From a virus: a DNA stretch of 64,000 nt. Positions 58,730 through 64,000 of the stretch are shown piece by piece. The notes below the pieces were generated by a model that saw nothing but the letters and a program-made list of their open reading frames with translations, did no database searches and had not been told where the DNA came from. The position numbers and the translations under genes were made by a program. The stretch is from the IMG/VR virus record IMGVR_UViG_3300009163_000019; one strand, 5' to 3'. How positions within the stretch are numbered: position 1 is the stretch's first letter; every line of letters begins with the position of its first letter.

Positions 58730-59764
58730 ATGCCAAACGAATTTGTAGCCAGAAATGGTGTCATTGCTTTAAATAATAGCACTGTAACAGGATCATTAAA
58801 TGTTACAAGTGGAATTACAGGATCTCTATTTGGAACGGCATCTTGGGCAGTATCATCTTCTTTTTCATTAACTGCATCTTTCGCTCTTAATGCAGGTGCA
58901 TCAAGTCCAACTTCATTTACACTTAGTCAAACTACGCCTTCTACTACCTGGACTGTTAATCACAATTTAAATAATGCGTATCCTTCAATTACTATTTATG
59001 ACAATAATGGATACGTAATAATCCCTAAAAATATATTAGCAAATAATGCAAATCAAACTACAGTAACTTTTTCTTATCCTGCTACAGGATATGCAACAGT
59101 AGTAGTTGCAGGAACCACAGTTACTACAGCATCTTATGCACTTACGGCGGCCACAGCATCATATGTAGTAAACTCAATTAGTGCATCATTTGCAGCAACT
59201 GCAAGTTCTGCTGATTTATTTAACGTACGAACAAGTTTAACTGCATCTAATTTATTAGTAAGCGGAACAATTACCGCACAAACCCTAGTAGTTCAAACAA
59301 TTACATCTTCTGTAAGCTGGATTACTGGATCAACAAAATTTGGTAATTTATCAACAAATACGCATCAATTTACAGGTAGTATAACAATAACAGGATCACT
59401 AACAATAGGTAGTGGTAGTATAACAGGATCTAGGATAAATCCTAGAACCGCAACAACAGCTTCAGTAGGTATATATACACCAAATATAGATGTAGCTGAT
59501 GTTTTTACTATTACTGGACAAACAGCATCTTTAGCATTTAATAATCCTTCAGGTAGTCCAGTCAATGGCCAAAGAATGATTATTAGAATTGAAGATGATG
59601 GAGTTGGTGCAAGAGCTTTAAACTTCACAGGATCTCAATACAGAGCATCAACAGAATTAGCATTCCCAGCATCATCATCTCTAAGCAAAACTTTATACTT
59701 AGGTTTTATATATAATTCAACAGATACTAAGTGGGATTTATTAGCTAAAATTGATAATTTTTAA
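58730..59764 (+). CDS. Fibre/adaptor protein (MPNEF type)
   Basis: WTVNHNLN..YP module, shared THQFTGS module, C-terminal NGQRMIIRI...YN....WD domain. Confidence 0.65.
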   Translation: MPNEFVARNGVIALNNSTVTGSLNVTSGITGSLFGTASWAVSSSFSLTASFALNAGASSPTSFTLSQTTPSTTWTVNHNLNNAYPSITIYDNNGYVIIPKNILANNANQTTVTFSYPATGYATVVVAGTTVTTASYALTAATASYVVNSISASFAATASSADLFNVRTSLTASNLLVSGTITAQTLVVQTITSSVSWITGSTKFGNLSTNTHQFTGSITITGSLTIGSGSITGSRINPRTATTASVGIYTPNIDVADVFTITGQTASLAFNNPSGSPVNGQRMIIRIEDDGVGARALNFTGSQYRASTELAFPASSSLSKTLYLGFIYNSTDTKWDLLAKIDNF

Positions 59765-59770
59765 TAGTAT

Positions 59771-61072
59771 ATGGGAAGTGCAATTTTTAGAAATTATCTT
59801 ACATCTAGTATCTGGATAGCTCCATCAGGATCAGCTATCACAGCTTCATGCTGGGGTGGTGGAGGTGGAGGTCAAGATACTGACATAGAAATACCAGCAA
59901 ATGGTGTTGGTGGTGATGGTGGATCATACGCAAGAAAAATATTAACAGTTGTATCAGGAAGTTCTTATATAGTAAAAGTTGGTGCGGGTGGACCGGCAAC
60001 AAGTAATGGATTTACGTCACCTGGAGGTGATAGTTGGTTTAGTGGATCAACTATAGTTCGTGCAAAAGGTGGTAATAGTGCCGCAACTAATATAGGAGAT
60101 GTTACATATACAGGAGGGGCTGCAGGAATCGGTGGTGGTGGTGGAGCAGGATCAACAGGAAATGGAGGAGGCGGTGGTGGACTTACAGGAGGAACAGGAA
60201 CCGCAGTAAGTGGAGGTAACGGAGGAACTACGCCAGGAACCAATGCAAATGGAAGAACAGGAAGTTTATATGGTGGTGGTGGATCAGGAGGAGCAACGAC
60301 TGGAATTACAGACTATGGTGGAGCTGCAGGAGCAGAAGGACTAGTTATATTATCGTATCCTGGAAGTTCATCTCTAGAGCAGTTTATTTCAACTACTACT
60401 TGGGTTTGCCCACAAGGAGTATCTTTTGTTACAGCTTCTTGTTGGGGAGGCGGAGGTAGTGGAGGAGACGCTGATGTTAGGGCATCAGCAACAGATGGTC
60501 GTGCAGGAGGTGCGGGAGGTGGTGGAGCTTTCGCTAGAAAAGTAGTTCCAGTAATGCCAGGCACTTCATATACAGTTACAGTAGGTGGACCAAACCAAGA
60601 TAGTTGGTTTGTTTCTACAACTACTGTTTTAGCTAGATCAGGAAGTAATGGACAGAGTGCAACTTGTGGACCAACTATATGTACAGGTGGAACAGGTCGT
60701 GCGGGTGGATCTGCAGCAGGATCAATAGGAGATATAACATATTCTGGAGGATCTGGAGGTAGTACCGGAGGTGGCGGCGGCGGCGCTGCAGGTCTTATAA
60801 ATACAGGTTCAAATGGTGCTAGTGGAGGAGGAGGAGGAATAGGAGGAGGCCCTTATGCTGGAAAAGGTGGAGATGGAGATATAGGACTTGATCAAAATGG
60901 ATTACCAGGAGGTTATTTTGGAGCAGGTGGAGGTGGAGGTCCATTATTTGATAATGGAGACGGAACTTTTTCAGCAAATTCTGGCGGCGCCGGGGCACAA
61001 GGTCTAGTAATATTAGAATACACACCAATAATACAATCAGCAGTAGCAGGAGCATTTTTTAGTATTTTATAA
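59771..61072 (+). CDS. Glycine-rich adhesin-like protein with two tandem domains
   Basis: W..P.G....TASCWGGGG...ARK......G.SY.V.VG...GA.GLVIL.Y occurs twice. Confidence 0.7.
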   Translation: MGSAIFRNYLTSSIWIAPSGSAITASCWGGGGGGQDTDIEIPANGVGGDGGSYARKILTVVSGSSYIVKVGAGGPATSNGFTSPGGDSWFSGSTIVRAKGGNSAATNIGDVTYTGGAAGIGGGGGAGSTGNGGGGGGLTGGTGTAVSGGNGGTTPGTNANGRTGSLYGGGGSGGATTGITDYGGAAGAEGLVILSYPGSSSLEQFISTTTWVCPQGVSFVTASCWGGGGSGGDADVRASATDGRAGGAGGGGAFARKVVPVMPGTSYTVTVGGPNQDSWFVSTTTVLARSGSNGQSATCGPTICTGGTGRAGGSAAGSIGDITYSGGSGGSTGGGGGGAAGLINTGSNGASGGGGGIGGGPYAGKGGDGDIGLDQNGLPGGYFGAGGGGGPLFDNGDGTFSANSGGAGAQGLVILEYTPIIQSAVAGAFFSIL

Positions 61073-61099
61073 AATAAGTATAATTAATAATAATATCAA

Positions 61100-63271
61100 A
61101 TGGTAATAGATAGCGGTACAGCAACAAGTTCATTTTATGTTAGTGGAACACTATCAGTAACTGATGGCATTACAGGTTCATTATTTGGAACCTCTTCATG
61201 GGCTACCTCAGCTTCTTTTGCAGTAACTGCATCTAATAGTATAACCGCTTCATTTGCACTTAACGCTGGAGGTGCTACAGGAGATAAAATTGTTACAGGT
61301 AGTATAACAGCTTCTGTTAACGTAACAGGCGCGGCATTTAGAATTGATAGTGGATCTACTTCATTTGTTTATGTAAATAATATTGGTAATTTAGGTATAG
61401 GTACAACAGTGCCTGCTGCAAAACTTCAAGTATCAGGAACTGCTAACCTTTTAAATATTAGAGGATCAGGAAGCTCTGCTACACAATCACTATTCACAGT
61501 TGATGGAGCCGCAGGACGTCTATTTAGTGTAAATGACTCTCTTTCCGGATCCTTATTCTCGGTTAATACAATAGCGGGTTTACCGGTTATAGAAGCGTTT
61601 TCAGATAATACTGTCAGAATAGGTCAGTATGGACAAAAAGCATTATTTGTTTCGCAATCTAGAGTTGGTATAGGAACTGAAATACCAACCGCTTTATTAC
61701 ATATTACGGGTTCTACAGGAAATATTTTTGAACTTGATGGATCTGGATCTATTAATGCGTTAATTGTTAGTTCATCAGGACGTATAGGTATAGGTACTGA
61801 TACTCCTGCAGGTAGATTTGATATTTCATATCCTGGAAATCTTAATGATCCGACTATTCTTTTAGGAGCAGATGATACAGGAGGAACATCTAGAACAAAT
61901 AATACAACAAAAGTAGCTAGAATAGGAGTGGCTCACTATAGTAGTAGTGCAACTGCGTCTGCTATATTAATAGCTGATTCAAATGCTACTGATAATAGAG
62001 TATTTATTGGAGGAGGATCGTCTTATCTAAATGCTGCTACTCAAATTTTATTTTATACAGGTCCAACAACAGCTTCTTTAACAGGAACAGAAAAATTAAG
62101 AATTAGTGGTAGTGGACAAATAATAGTAAGTAGTTCTGTTTCAATATCTGGATCACTAACGGTAACTACTGGATCAATTAAAGGAAACGTTGAAACTAGT
62201 AGATTAATCTTTGGAACAGTTAATTCAAATCCATCTGTAAATCAAAATGATTTTGCTCCTGTAGGATGGGATGACGCAGATCCAGCAAAATCAACAACTA
62301 TAGATATTTCTGGAAGTGCATCTATAAAAATAACTGGATTAGGTGGAGGAGTACATGGCCGAATTGCAGTTTTAAGAAATGCGTCTCCTGATAGACTTAT
62401 AATATTAGAAGATAATGCAACATCTTCTTTATCTGGAAATAGATTTGATTTTAGAAATCCTGTATTTTTAATACCAAATGGAACTATACAATTACAGTAT
62501 GATTCAACATCTTCAAAATGGGAACCAATAGGATCTTCAGAAGGTATTGGATTCCAAGAATTTTTTGATCAGTATGAAGAATTTTTAGGATTCAATATAG
62601 TATCTTCTAGTAGTACTGATACAGCAGGTCTTTGGACAGGAGTAGCTTCCGGAGCTTTTAGTTCTATTGGTACTAGTAGCTATTTACAAAATACAACAGA
62701 AAGACCTCTAGGTATTTACGATATGAATGTAGGTAGTACAGCAGCGGGTCGTGCACATATAGGAACAAGAACATCAGCATCAATACAACCAGGTTATGGG
62801 CAAGGAATAATGCTAACAAGATTAGCTTTACAGCAACCCGCAACCGCTACAGAAAACTTTCAAGTTTTTACAGGTTGGCATGATTCAATAACTGGTGGCG
62901 GTACTACATTTGGGTTTCCTAGAACTGGAATTTATTGGATGTATAATAGTGGATCAGGTGCTGCTGGTAGTAACTGGCAGGCTGTTGCCGCATCAGCAAG
63001 TTTATCTTCATCAGCTACTGTAGGACCTACTGTTGATAGTAACTATGTATGGCTTGGCATTTATGTAAATTCTCAATGGAATAGAGGAACTTGGTTCTAT
63101 TCAACAGATACTGTTACCTGGTTTATAGCTCAAGATACAGCACCAAGTGGAAACTCTATTACAGGTTCTCAAATTGGATTTGGTGTAACTGCAGTCAAAG
63201 CAATAGGAACAACAGGAAGATTAATTACAATAGATGCCCTAGCACATAGGTATGATATAAATAGAAACTAA
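61100..63271 (+). CDS. Fibre protein with (N/R)(L/V/I)GIGT..P repeats
   Basis: GNLGIGTTVPAAKLQV, RVGIGTEIPTALLHI, GRIGIGTDTP. Confidence 0.7.
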   Translation: MVIDSGTATSSFYVSGTLSVTDGITGSLFGTSSWATSASFAVTASNSITASFALNAGGATGDKIVTGSITASVNVTGAAFRIDSGSTSFVYVNNIGNLGIGTTVPAAKLQVSGTANLLNIRGSGSSATQSLFTVDGAAGRLFSVNDSLSGSLFSVNTIAGLPVIEAFSDNTVRIGQYGQKALFVSQSRVGIGTEIPTALLHITGSTGNIFELDGSGSINALIVSSSGRIGIGTDTPAGRFDISYPGNLNDPTILLGADDTGGTSRTNNTTKVARIGVAHYSSSATASAILIADSNATDNRVFIGGGSSYLNAATQILFYTGPTTASLTGTEKLRISGSGQIIVSSSVSISGSLTVTTGSIKGNVETSRLIFGTVNSNPSVNQNDFAPVGWDDADPAKSTTIDISGSASIKITGLGGGVHGRIAVLRNASPDRLIILEDNATSSLSGNRFDFRNPVFLIPNGTIQLQYDSTSSKWEPIGSSEGIGFQEFFDQYEEFLGFNIVSSSSTDTAGLWTGVASGAFSSIGTSSYLQNTTERPLGIYDMNVGSTAAGRAHIGTRTSASIQPGYGQGIMLTRLALQQPATATENFQVFTGWHDSITGGGTTFGFPRTGIYWMYNSGSGAAGSNWQAVAASASLSSSATVGPTVDSNYVWLGIYVNSQWNRGTWFYSTDTVTWFIAQDTAPSGNSITGSQIGFGVTAVKAIGTTGRLITIDALAHRYDINRN

Positions 63272-63333
63272 AAATATTTTACTAAAAATATATTTTAGAT
63301 TATTTTTATATATTTATAAATAAACAATAATTT

Positions 63334-63558
63334 ATGACAACAGTATTAATTATCTTAGCAGTTATTGCGCTTGGTTTTATTGTTTACAAATTAGAGAAAA
63401 AACCAAAAGAACTAAATCTTCCAGAAGCTCCTGAAAAAATTGAGCCAATTGAAATCACAGCTGCTAAATCAAGCTTAACTACAAAAGTAGTAAAAAAATC
63501 AACAGCAGTAAAAAAAGCAGGAACTACTGCAGTTAGAAAAACTCCTAAAAAACTTTAA
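63334..63558 (+). CDS. Small membrane protein with a Lys-rich tail
   Basis: N-terminal TM helix. Confidence 0.55.
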   Translation: MTTVLIILAVIALGFIVYKLEKKPKELNLPEAPEKIEPIEITAAKSSLTTKVVKKSTAVKKAGTTAVRKTPKKL

Positions 63559-63583
63559 TAAAAATATAATCATATAATTTAAT

Positions 63584-63608
63584 AGCTCTCCTAATAAGAG
63601 AGCTTTTT
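63584..63608 (+). terminator. Rho-independent terminator
   Basis: AGCTCTC-ctaataa-GAGAGCT-TTTT. Confidence 0.7.
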
Positions 63609-63650
63609 ACTTTATCAATTTACTTTATATATTTATTATAAAATATTGTT

Positions 63651-63887
63651 ATGGGAAAAATTACAGATAATGAGTTGCAAAGAATTCAATTAGTAAAAAG
63701 AGATGCAATTGAAGTTGCTACCGCTTTAGGAGAATTAGAATTTCAAAGAATCACAATAGAACTTTTAATTGAGCAAGAAAAAGAAAAAATAAAAGATATA
63801 AAAAAGAGAGAGCAACAAATCTTTTTAGAATTAAAAGAAACTTACGGAACAATTAGCATAAATATTGAAACGGGAGAATTTAACTAA
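63651..63887 (+). CDS. Small coiled-coil protein preceding the sheath gene
   Basis: LGEL...L...YG..SI..ETGE. Confidence 0.6.
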   Translation: MGKITDNELQRIQLVKRDAIEVATALGELEFQRITIELLIEQEKEKIKDIKKREQQIFLELKETYGTISINIETGEFN

Positions 63888-63937
63888 AGTGTTTTGAATA
63901 AAGTATTGATATTTATTACTAGATAAAAATAATATAA

Positions 63938-64000
63938 ATGGCCGAAACACTTATTAGCCCAGGAGTTTTCTTAAATGAAAACGATTTATCCCAGATAACA
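63938..64000 (+). CDS. Tail sheath protein N-terminus (gp18-like); truncated by the window
   Basis: MAETLISPGVFLNENDLSQIT matches the SPGV...E.D.S sheath signature. Confidence 0.8.
   Translation, partial: MAETLISPGVFLNENDLSQIT

Noticed and set aside
5226-61055. Short opposite-strand or nested ORFs in the track (e.g. 5226, 8398, 18348, 20089, 28727, 36425, 42426, 44112, 51484, 59965, 60819)
   Set aside because: They lie within well-supported genes and show no recognisable motifs.

Overview
This window is about 64 kb of a large, AT-rich, T4-like contractile-tailed phage (myovirus, standard genetic code). The host is probably a Bacteroidota: there are no Shine-Dalgarno sequences, translation starts are A-rich, and some promoters carry a TATATTnG-type -7 element. 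Two arms diverge at about 22.3-22.6 kb. The minus arm carries a glutaredoxin, an HD protein, a gp55-like late sigma factor, spike and baseplate genes, a 1321-aa mucin-like Thr/Pro/Ser protein, and then a GT60/Gnt1-type polypeptide GlcNAc transferase. The plus arm carries primase, an exonuclease, about 20 putative head-internal proteins, TerL, portal, prohead protease, scaffold, major capsid, PhoH and neck genes. It continues with a 14-kb array of fibre, LamG-lectin and Gly-rich adhesin cassettes and ends in the start of the tail sheath gene. Best candidate novel system: phage-encoded mucin-type O-glycosylation of the virion (GT60 enzyme, mucin stalk, and a pervasive [ST]-[GAS]-S motif in outer virion proteins). 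Also notable: capsid-targeting and protease-processing tags on cargo enzymes, two promoter classes (late motif ATATTTATW), and structured RNA leaders matched to fibre-cassette types. All protein calls come from motif recognition by eye; no database searches were run.
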